The notes below the pieces were generated by a model. The model saw only the letters and a program-made list of their open reading frames with translations. It was not told the origin of the DNA and searched no databases. This document shows, piece by piece, positions 9,462 to 16,778 of a stretch of 20,000 bases of DNA. Every line of letters starts with the position of its first letter. Position 1 is the stretch's first letter. Source of the stretch: an uncultured virus (IMG/VR IMGVR_UViG_3300002092_000043) (taxonomy: Duplodnaviria; Heunggongvirae; Uroviricota; Caudoviricetes); IMG/VR virus record IMGVR_UViG_3300002092_000043, positions 52,963-72,962 of that record; one strand, given 5' to 3'. A program made the position numbers and the translations under genes.

Positions 9462-10507
9462 ATTGTCACCTCACGAGTGACAAACACTGTTCCACGCATA
9501 TAAGTCTTTTGATAAGTTGGGTCGTTGTCAGTTGTGGCTTGGATATCCCAGTAGCAACGTTCTGGAAGATTTGAAGTTTGTGTAGAGGTAAGGGAAAGAG
9601 TTAACTTCTGGTTGTTTCCATCAACAGGAGTTATAGTAAAGTGAGAGACAAGTGAAGGGTCTCCAGGTTGCATACGAATTTGAGATGCAAAATTGTATCC
9701 ACTGATATCGAATGGAAAATCAAGTTCAACTTCAAACGAGTCTCCTTGGTACATAGTCAAATCGTAAGAAGGAACATCAGAAGGTGAGATAGCACTTCCG
9801 TAACTTGGCATCGAAAGAAGCGCACGTTGAGGCATAGAGCGGTCATCAACTTCTTGAGGCAAGTAGATTGGGACGTAACGGTTTGTGGTCTTAGAAGTGC
9901 GGCGAAGGGTGAATACGTCTATCTTGTAAAGGCCAATACCAAGCATTGAGCAAAGTTCTTTATATTGAGTTTTACGCTCTTCAATCATCTGCATAAGTTG
10001 GCGGTAACGTTCAGAACGTGGGATAGCAACTCCATCAGGAGCAGTAATGTCAATGTCAAAAGAAGCGTCTGTGGCTAGGGTATAAAGCGCCAATGTAGAT
10101 GCGTAAACGACTACTGGGTATTCTTCAATTCCTGGGAGAGTAGCGTAGGTATACCCACGACCATAAGCATCTGCGTGGTTAGCAATGTGTTGTCCAAAGG
10201 CTGTGTCTACAAATTGGCAAATTTCGTTATCAACAAAGTAGCGATAGTAAGTGCCTGAAAATACAACGACTGCTCCGGCATCTGGAAGGTCATCTAAAGT
10301 TACATACCCTGTTAACTCTTCGACTGTAGCGGCGTCTGATACATCTGTATTATCTACATAAACCATCAAAGTGGTGCCATTTACAGGAGAGTAAGGAATG
10401 AGGAAACGATTAGTAGTGCCGTCAGCAATGATTTGGTGGACGAAAGACTTACCTGTGTCACCAATTTCAAAACGTAGACGGTCTGAAAGACTGCTTAGTG
10501 TAGCCAC
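9458..10507 (-). CDS. Putative head-tail adaptor/neck protein with C-terminal Ig/BppU-like domain (349 aa)
   Basis: Position after the capsid genes; N-terminal LSDRLRFEIGD helix. C-terminal YDLTMYQGDSF...DISGYNFASQIR...LTLSLT...YWDIQ...RGTVFVTREV pattern. RBS GGAGG with GTG start. Confidence 0.55.
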   Translation of the reverse strand: MATLSSLSDRLRFEIGDTGKSFVHQIIADGTTNRFLIPYSPVNGTTLMVYVDNTDVSDAATVEELTGYVTLDDLPDAGAVVVFSGTYYRYFVDNEICQFVDTAFGQHIANHADAYGRGYTYATLPGIEEYPVVVYASTLALYTLATDASFDIDITAPDGVAIPRSERYRQLMQMIEERKTQYKELCSMLGIGLYKIDVFTLRRTSKTTNRYVPIYLPQEVDDRSMPQRALLSMPSYGSAISPSDVPSYDLTMYQGDSFEVELDFPFDISGYNFASQIRMQPGDPSLVSHFTITPVDGNNQKLTLSLTSTQTSNLPERCYWDIQATTDNDPTYQKTYMRGTVFVTREVTM

Positions 10508-10552
10508 GTAACCTCCGTAAAACTTATGCCCATATCATCTCGTATTATTTCT

Positions 10553-10610
10553 AAATAAAAAGGTCCAACCCCCAACTGGGAGGAGGGCGGGAACCAGTTG
10601 AGGGTCGGAC
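10553..10610 (-). terminator. Intrinsic terminator-like hairpin with a 14-nt C-rich loop
   Basis: Minus strand GTCCGACCCTCAACTGG-TTCCCGCCCTCCTC-CCAGTTGGGGGTTGGAC, followed by CTTTTTATTT. The 17-bp stem has two G-U pairs that only work on the minus strand. Confidence 0.8.
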
Positions 10611-10629
10611 TACTTGCGACGGCCTAAGT

Positions 10630-11001
10630 TTAGTTAGGGCGCCAAATGTATCCAAGTTGTTCTAGATAATTTGCAAGATGTGATGGTACTCGGTACTTGA
10701 CTCCTGCTTTAAAGGAGAATGAGTTTCCGACTCCGTAAGTCATCTCATCAATATCAGTAATAGTACGGATAATGACGGTGTCGTTTGCGACTGATACTCC
10801 GACATCTTCAATTTCATCTAGTACAAGGGGAGTCTCTGGACGTTTTGGGTCGAATACGTCATTCTCAAGACTCTCTGCCTCAACCTGCGCTGCGATAGAG
10901 ATTTCATCTTTACGCTTGCGAAGTGCTTCCTGATTTGCTTTTGCTGCTTTTTCTGCTGCTAGACCTGTTGCATCTAACGGACTTGTTGGTTTATTTGCCA
11001 C
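10630..11001 (-). CDS. Hypothetical protein downstream of capsid (123 aa)
   Basis: RBS AGGAG with GTG start. Charged N-terminal helix and C-terminal FKAGVKYRVPSHLANYLEQLGYI motif. Confidence 0.75.
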   Translation of the reverse strand: MANKPTSPLDATGLAAEKAAKANQEALRKRKDEISIAAQVEAESLENDVFDPKRPETPLVLDEIEDVGVSVANDTVIIRTITDIDEMTYGVGNSFSFKAGVKYRVPSHLANYLEQLGYIWRPN

Positions 11002-11036
11002 GGTTATAATTCTCCTAAGTTAGTTGGTAAGTTAAA

Positions 11037-11071
11037 GTTTAGGAGTCCAGGAAGGAGTAGGACCCCTAAAC
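11037..11071 (-). promoter_or_regulatory. Intergenic hairpin with CU-rich loop (possible weak terminator or processing site)
   Basis: Minus strand GTTTAGGGGTCC-TACTCCTTCCT-GGACTCCTAAAC; 12-bp stem with one G-U pair, followed by TTTAACTT. Confidence 0.65.
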
Positions 11072-11072
11072 A

Positions 11073-11573
11073 TTAACCTTGTTTTAAATACTTTACAGCC
11101 CGTTTTAGACGGTCTATATCGTCCTCAAATTGCCCTAGCCCTGAGTTACATGGGTAGCAGAGTAATCCTCTGACCTTCCCTGTGCCATGACTATGGTCAA
11201 TATGCGGAGTCTTTGTAAACTTACGCTCACAAATAAAGCATTTGTTATTTTGTTTTTTTATTAAATTTTCGTATGATTCTTTAGTTAAACCATACTTTTT
11301 TAATCTTTGCCAATCTGCGTTTAGTTTGGCGCAAGTTTTGCAAACTCGTTTGTTTCCCCAATTGCCTGTGTTGGCTTTAGTAAACTTGTGTCCTTTTTTA
11401 CAGTGTGTTTTAGAAGAGTTATTAACTCCTCTTCCTACCCTGATGTCATCTTTTCTTCGTAATCTCATCCGTTCTTTTCTGCAAAGTTTGCAGTGTTTAC
11501 GGTTGTCTTTACTTACGTAAGTGTTTTCTTCAGTATAGAAATGACCTTGTGGACATTTTGTTTCTTTTGCCAT
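11073..11573 (-). CDS. Endonuclease VII-family (HNH-type) putative homing endonuclease (166 aa)
   Basis: C-terminal KYGLT..Y..L...QNNKCFIC...HIDHSHGTGKVRGLLCYPCNSGLGQFED motif. Two N-terminal C-x2-GH...C-x2-C repeats; visibly AT/Lys-rich compared with the capsid gene. Confidence 0.85.
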   Translation of the reverse strand: MAKETKCPQGHFYTEENTYVSKDNRKHCKLCRKERMRLRRKDDIRVGRGVNNSSKTHCKKGHKFTKANTGNWGNKRVCKTCAKLNADWQRLKKYGLTKESYENLIKKQNNKCFICERKFTKTPHIDHSHGTGKVRGLLCYPCNSGLGQFEDDIDRLKRAVKYLKQG

Positions 11574-11616
11574 GATACCTACTCCTAACAGATTTTCTAC
11601 TAGGAGTAGGTTATCA
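11573..11616 (-). promoter_or_regulatory. Hairpin occluding the RBS and start codon of the endonuclease gene
   Basis: Minus strand TGATA-A-CCTACTCCTA-GTAGA-AAA-TCTGT-TAGGAGTAGG-TATCA(TG). The ~20-bp stem buries AGGAG and the A of ATG. Confidence 0.8.
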
Positions 11617-11627
11617 CAGACTAGTTG

Positions 11628-12758
11628 CTAATTGGTATAAACTTTCACGATTGCTTGGTCGGTGATAACACCGAGACCCCAGATTGCGTACCATGCAAGA
11701 GCGTGCTCACGACCGAAGTCGAGAACGCCACCGTCACGGAGTTCAACAGGGAGTGAGATTGCGTGACCAAATGCGTTGTCACCAATCATGATTGATTCGT
11801 AAACGGTTGCACCGTTACCAGTTGCGTTTGTGAGGTAACCCTTTTCTGCTGTGTAATCTGCAGATACTGGGTTTCCACCTTCACCTGGGTTGGTGTTAGC
11901 AAGAACATCAGAGATTGAACCCTGGTTTGCTGGTGCGCCTACGAGTGAAGAAGTTGTGTAGCCAGCGTTAACTGACAACTGCTTTACCTGTGTTGTTTCG
12001 ATGAATACTACGTCGTACAAACGACCAATTTCACCGAGCATGAAGTTACCTGGAGCAGCGTACTTTGTAACTTCGATGAACTCTGGGTTCGAACGAATGT
12101 CACGTGACTGCTTTGGGTGAACGAATTGGACGTATGTTTCGCCCAAACGAGGGATGTTCTTACCAGCAAGGGTAAGAGCAGCATCCTTAACTGCACCTGT
12201 TGACAACTTGTAGTTACCATCTAGGTCAGAAAATTGTGTTGCCTTTGTACCTTCGTTGTACCAGTCGTTAACACCTTGTACACCTGTGCGGTCGTAACCG
12301 AACACTGCTGATGTTGCAGCAGAAAGTGTGTTGCGTGCCTGTACGTCGAGGTACTGTGCCATATGGCGACCAAGAAGACGTGAAGCAGATGCCATAACGT
12401 CATCGAATGATGCGTTAAGAAGGAGTTCAGAAACTGCTACTGCGTAGCCGTGTTCTGCAACTGTAATTGCAATTTGCTCTGCTGTAAGAGCGTTTGTTGT
12501 CATACGAACACCTTCAGTAAGTGGTGAAGGGTCTACAGCAAAGTTCTTGTAACGGAGGAAGTTCACACGAAGACCAGGAGCAACTCCTAGTTCAGTCTTC
12601 TTAACTGCAAACTGCTCGAAACGAAGAATTGGCATTGCTTGGAACAAGATTTCCTTGCTCCAGATTGTTTGAATTGCTTGGTTCAAAGATGAGTTTGAAC
12701 CTGAGTAAGCGGTTGGGGCTCCTGCGAGTTGCCCAGTACCTGTAATTGCACTTGCCAT
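11628..12758 (-). CDS. Major capsid protein, N4-gp56-like family
   Basis: Follows portal and scaffold. Motifs PLTEGV, EHGYAV, FVHP.Q..DIR, GEIGRLYDVVFIETT and DFGREHALAWY; strongly biased codons (CGT, TTC, AAC). RBS GAAAGGA favours ATG 12758. Confidence 0.9.
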   Translation of the reverse strand: MASAITGTGQLAGAPTAYSGSNSSLNQAIQTIWSKEILFQAMPILRFEQFAVKKTELGVAPGLRVNFLRYKNFAVDPSPLTEGVRMTTNALTAEQIAITVAEHGYAVAVSELLLNASFDDVMASASRLLGRHMAQYLDVQARNTLSAATSAVFGYDRTGVQGVNDWYNEGTKATQFSDLDGNYKLSTGAVKDAALTLAGKNIPRLGETYVQFVHPKQSRDIRSNPEFIEVTKYAAPGNFMLGEIGRLYDVVFIETTQVKQLSVNAGYTTSSLVGAPANQGSISDVLANTNPGEGGNPVSADYTAEKGYLTNATGNGATVYESIMIGDNAFGHAISLPVELRDGGVLDFGREHALAWYAIWGLGVITDQAIVKVYTN

Positions 12759-12794
12759 TGAGGTCAAGTCCTTTCATTAGTTGTTGAGGGGGGA

Positions 12795-13544
12795 TTAACC
12801 GAACAGTCCCTGACCACGGTTGCTGGCTGCAGTGCCAAGTAGTTTGGCTCTTTGTTTCGCATAGTCTGCCAATGACATATCCCTGATTGAATCAGGTGTG
12901 TACGATTGTTGTTCCGAGTTGTTATCGAGGGGTCCTGATGCTGGAGCGGTCACACGTGCTCCAACCATTGATTGCTTTGCATTAGCAGTTGCCTGCTGAA
13001 CATCCTGCATAATTGCCGCAGACTTGTCCTTGAGCGTTGCAATGCTTTGCTCAATCTCTTCTTGTGAGTTACCGTTAACAAGGTCAATAAGTTGAGGGAC
13101 AATAGTGTCACGCTCATCTTCGACTCGTTGTGAACGATAAGCCATCAAATCTTGGAACTGACGTTCTCTTTCAAGGAGGGCAAAAGCCTTTTCTCTCTCA
13201 AGACGTTCTGCCTCTAATTGAGACTGAAATTCTTGCTCCTTCTTAGAAAGGAGTTCCTTAAAGGAAAGTTCTTGTTCCTCTTCTTGCTTCTTTTTTGCAT
13301 CACGGTCTGCCTTCTTAGCAGCACGCTCTGCTTCACGCTGAGTTTCCTTAGCAGCAAGTTCTTCTGCAAGCGCTTTAGCCTTGGCTAATTCTTCTTGCAT
13401 TTTTTCCATTTGAGGATACAACTTCTGCTTCTCTTGTGCACGAGCCTTTGCAAGGTCGTCTGCAGTAAAGCCAGCCATTGTTGGTTCACTCACTTCCGAA
13501 ACTTCAGCAACTGCTGGAGTCTCAATTACTTGGTTTTCATCCAT
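12795..13544 (-). CDS. Capsid scaffolding protein
   Basis: Glu/Lys/Gln-rich coiled coil between portal and capsid genes; C-terminal IRDMSLADYAKQRAKLLG helix. RBS AGGTG favours ATG 13544 (MDENQ). Confidence 0.8.
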   Translation of the reverse strand: MDENQVIETPAVAEVSEVSEPTMAGFTADDLAKARAQEKQKLYPQMEKMQEELAKAKALAEELAAKETQREAERAAKKADRDAKKKQEEEQELSFKELLSKKEQEFQSQLEAERLEREKAFALLERERQFQDLMAYRSQRVEDERDTIVPQLIDLVNGNSQEEIEQSIATLKDKSAAIMQDVQQATANAKQSMVGARVTAPASGPLDNNSEQQSYTPDSIRDMSLADYAKQRAKLLGTAASNRGQGLFG

Positions 13545-13672
13545 TGTAATCACCTATTTTTCTTATGTCGTTGTCCGAATGCCTTGCGGCGTGCCACTTA
13601 GTTATAGTAAGACAATTGCATTACATAATGTTGCATTTGTCTCGATATATTCTGATATTTATCAGAAATATT

Positions 13673-15409
13673 TTAGTCCTTGTCTACTGCTCTCCTTTGT
13701 GGAAGTTTAGTTCCATAGGCATCAGTGACAAGTTTATTTCGTATCTCTGCTTCAGCCATTTTTTCAGTAGCCATTTCTTGTTGGTTTTCTGGGCTGTTTG
13801 CATTTTCTGGATTTTCTGGTCCAGTCATGCCATCTCCTAATACATCTCCATCACCCATTGGTTGAGGTTGCATTGGGATAGCAGAGTTACCATCAGGTCC
13901 AGGCATCATGCCAGTCATATCCATAATGGCTTTCTGTACTTGAATTTTCACTAACTGCAGAGCGCCATCTGCTTGAGCATCGGCAATGAGTTCTGCACGA
14001 ATTTCTTCTAACTTCTCTTCTGGGAATTCCTCACCAAGTGTGCGAAGAGCGCCTTCTTTAGATTCAAGTCCCATTCCAAGTTTTGTTTGAATTTCATTCA
14101 AAATAATTAACTTATCAAGAGGAAGAGGCTGTTGGAATTGTGCGTAGTTCATGTAAGAGATTGGGTCATTAGGGTCTAGTTGTGGGTACTGACCTTCTTT
14201 AATTGGACCATCTACATCTGGGTTATAAATCATTGTTTCTGGTTCTTTAAAGAACAATGTGCGAAGTGCAAGTTCGTTTATCTTTTCGAGTCCCTTACCG
14301 TACTGAGCAACCTTTTGGGAATAACGGTTCATCAACGGCTGGTACTGGATTGAAAGTGCTACGCCAGAAGTATTAGAGATAGGTTGAACTTGACCCAGTG
14401 CGGTTTCTGGGATGTTCATAATTTCGTGCATTGAGCGCTTGAGAAGTTCTAGGTACTTCAGGGCTCCGTCAATACCTGCAGCACCTCCCTCAAGATTGAA
14501 GACTTGAGCATCTTTTGGAAGACCGCCCCAAACCTTCTTAGCACCCTTTTCAAGATTAGAGGCTTTAGCACCAACAATAACTGTCACAGGGGAAGCGTGA
14601 TAGTTAATGATGTCTGCTACGTCAGTTGATATTTCATTGTAAGAGCGGTTTAGTGTGATGATGTCATGTGCGTCTGCGAGACCCCATGGCGAACCTGAAA
14701 CAGGAACATTAGGTATGTGCACCACTGGAATAAGACCAAGTGGATTTGGACGAGAGTCAATTAACTCATCATTAATGTATTCTTCAATAGTGTCGTCAGT
14801 AAGAATTTCAGTGTAAGTAAATACTTGTCGAGTACCTTCTAGAGATGTGCCCCAGAAACGATACTTCTGCTTGAAACGTAGCAAACGTGTACGGTCATGT
14901 GGGTGAAACTCAGGGAAACAGAAAGAAGAGTTCATAGGAAGAAGGCGAACACGACCCGGGTGCGCTGCTCCCGAAGAGTCTTGCCATGCTTCTTCGTAAG
15001 CAATTTTTACGAATACATCGCCAGTGATTCCGCCTTGTTGTGCCATCTCAAGCAGCACACGCATCTTGTCGTTATCTACTTCCCAGATACGCTCCAAGCG
15101 GTCTGGAACAATTGCTTCCGTTGCTTTGGGGGAACGGAAGTGAATCCCCTTGCCGAAAGTAAATCGTGCAAGAAAGTCATTGAACGCACGGTAATAGTTA
15201 ACTGTGAGTTGCATTTCGCCAGACTCACGACGGTAACCCCAATGATGACCGAGATACATTGCCCAGTTAAGTGAGTATCGGTTTAGCCGAGGACCGTGTA
15301 CTTCAAATTCTTCGTCAGCAAGTTCGACTAACCCAAGTGGTGATACCGAAATGGTTAAGTCTGATGATGCAGCCCTGTATGACGGAGGACTGAAGTCCAT
15401 AAATGACAT
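13673..15409 (-). CDS. Portal protein (SPP1 gp6-like, 578 aa)
   Basis: Size and position; motifs PNPLGLIPVVHIPN, NTSGVALSIQYQPL and SKEGALRTLG; acidic, Pro-rich C-terminal tail. Confidence 0.88.
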   Translation of the reverse strand: MSFMDFSPPSYRAASSDLTISVSPLGLVELADEEFEVHGPRLNRYSLNWAMYLGHHWGYRRESGEMQLTVNYYRAFNDFLARFTFGKGIHFRSPKATEAIVPDRLERIWEVDNDKMRVLLEMAQQGGITGDVFVKIAYEEAWQDSSGAAHPGRVRLLPMNSSFCFPEFHPHDRTRLLRFKQKYRFWGTSLEGTRQVFTYTEILTDDTIEEYINDELIDSRPNPLGLIPVVHIPNVPVSGSPWGLADAHDIITLNRSYNEISTDVADIINYHASPVTVIVGAKASNLEKGAKKVWGGLPKDAQVFNLEGGAAGIDGALKYLELLKRSMHEIMNIPETALGQVQPISNTSGVALSIQYQPLMNRYSQKVAQYGKGLEKINELALRTLFFKEPETMIYNPDVDGPIKEGQYPQLDPNDPISYMNYAQFQQPLPLDKLIILNEIQTKLGMGLESKEGALRTLGEEFPEEKLEEIRAELIADAQADGALQLVKIQVQKAIMDMTGMMPGPDGNSAIPMQPQPMGDGDVLGDGMTGPENPENANSPENQQEMATEKMAEAEIRNKLVTDAYGTKLPQRRAVDKD

Positions 15410-15684
15410 TACTTCTTGCCTTTATCCTTTTTAGGAGCAGTCTTTTTCTTTGACTTTTCCTTGTCATTCTTGATTAGTTTTTCTGATTTTTCTTTTTCAT
15501 GCTTCTTCTTAGCAATACCCATTTTACGGTCTTGCTCTGTGGTCTCAATAAAACGACCACCATGTTCTACATAAGTCTTGTGAACCCAGTGCGATGCACC
15601 TGGGTTTGGATAGTTGGAGTACTTTGCTTTAGCCTGTGCGACAATCATCGCCCACATCTTTGGGTTGGCTGGTTTACTCGCCAT
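15409..15684 (-). CDS. Small basic protein with Lys-rich C-terminus (91 aa)
   Basis: RBS AGAGAGGAG; stop overlaps the portal start (TAATG); KPANPKMW...AKAKY..YP...ASHWV...Y...GG motif. Confidence 0.75.
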   Translation of the reverse strand: MASKPANPKMWAMIVAQAKAKYSNYPNPGASHWVHKTYVEHGGRFIETTEQDRKMGIAKKKHEKEKSEKLIKNDKEKSKKKTAPKKDKGKK

Positions 15685-15704
15685 ACTATCTCCTCTCTAT
15701 AACC

Positions 15705-15736
15705 TAATAGCCCCCACACTAATGTGGGGGCGACTA
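15705..15736 (-). terminator. GC-rich hairpin, probable terminator or RNA stabiliser
   Basis: GCCCCCACA-TTAG-TGTGGGGGC perfect 9-bp stem (15710-15731) just after the stop of 15752..16147; U-tail is weak. Confidence 0.6.
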
Positions 15737-15751
15737 GATGTCTGTCTTAAC

Positions 15752-16147
15752 TTAGTCGTTTACGACTGTTGCAGATTGACGCTGTGTGCGTCCGCCTGAA
15801 CGAGCAACGGTCTCAATTGTTTGAGCAGCGTAGTCGTTGTTAGTTCCGTGTGCGAACTCTCCAAGGAATGTTGGTGCTTCTACCCAAGCAGCAGAACCAA
15901 CATGTGCACGCTCTGAAAGTGTCTCAGCAGCAGGCTTCTCGAATACGTTTGCGTTACGGTTTGGGCGTCCTGCAGCAGGAATATATCCTTGCATGATGCC
16001 CTTCTGGAAATCGGTAGGCACATCGGTGTCTGTTGCGATTCCTTCTTCAAAGCGAAGAGGTCCACGACGTGTTACGTTGTCAGCACCTTTGCGCTCGTAG
16101 TTTTGGGGTGCACGCTCTGGAAATTGAGGTGCTGGTGAAATAGACAT
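15752..16147 (-). CDS. Hypothetical protein between terminase and portal (131 aa)
   Basis: RBS AAGGAG; codon usage resembles the capsid gene; followed by a hairpin. Confidence 0.8.
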   Translation of the reverse strand: MSISPAPQFPERAPQNYERKGADNVTRRGPLRFEEGIATDTDVPTDFQKGIMQGYIPAAGRPNRNANVFEKPAAETLSERAHVGSAAWVEAPTFLGEFAHGTNNDYAAQTIETVARSGGRTQRQSATVVND

Positions 16148-16210
16148 AGGAGTCTCCTTATTTCTTAGGGAAGGCCATTCCAGGAACCATTCTCCAACTT
16201 TTTCTTGAAG

Positions 16211-16738
16211 TTATTCGGCTAAACGTAAACTTTTCTTTAAGTATCTTACTGCAGATTCTAAAAGGTCTACAGAGTCTTTTAGTTGACCTATACCCATGTT
16301 ACAAGGCCCGCATAATATTCCACGTATAACCCCTGTCTCGTGGTCATGGTCAATGTGCGGCCTTCTCTTAGAAGACCAATTTGTAAAGTCAATGAAGCAA
16401 ATTGCACAAGAATTATGTTGGTCTTTTAATAGTGTTAAATACTGCTCTTTAGTTATTCCATAAAGAGTTTTTACCTCTTTAAAGTAATCGTGTTCTAGTT
16501 TTCTACTTTCTTTTGTTCTTTTTTTGTTTGATTTTTGAGCGTATTTCTGACGTTTTTCTTTGAGGAAAAGGTCTTTAGACTCTCTTACCCTACGCCGTTT
16601 GTTTGCACAAGACCTACAATAAGACTGGTACTTTTTTACACCCTTAGAAGATACTCCTTTTCCATGAAAATCCGACACAGGCTTGGTGTTAGAGCAGTCT
16701 GTACATTTCCGTTCGGTTTGAGGAAGGCTTTTTGTCAT
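16211..16738 (-). CDS. Endonuclease VII-family (HNH-type) putative homing endonuclease (175 aa)
   Basis: N-terminal CTDC...K...DF...YCRSC zinc-binding motif. C-terminal YGITKEQY..LL..Q...CAIC...HIDHDHETGVIRGILCGPCNMGIGQLKD. Confidence 0.85.
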   Translation of the reverse strand: MTKSLPQTERKCTDCSNTKPVSDFHGKGVSSKGVKKYQSYCRSCANKRRRVRESKDLFLKEKRQKYAQKSNKKRTKESRKLEHDYFKEVKTLYGITKEQYLTLLKDQHNSCAICFIDFTNWSSKRRPHIDHDHETGVIRGILCGPCNMGIGQLKDSVDLLESAVRYLKKSLRLAE

Positions 16739-16778
16739 ACAATTAGTGTAGCCTTCCTTTTTTAACCTTTATGTTCAA

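Noticed and set aside
11073..11627. Group I intron carrying the endonuclease
   Set aside because: The capsid gene and terL are intact with their own stop codons, and the flanks are too short (about 40-70 nt) for a ribozyme core.
1700..16200. Shared late-promoter motif (GGATAAT near 1705-1712, GAGATGAT near 10535-10542, GGAGAAT near 16189-16196, minus strand)
   Set aside because: Only three short, degenerate instances; they cannot be distinguished from chance without a genome-wide motif search.
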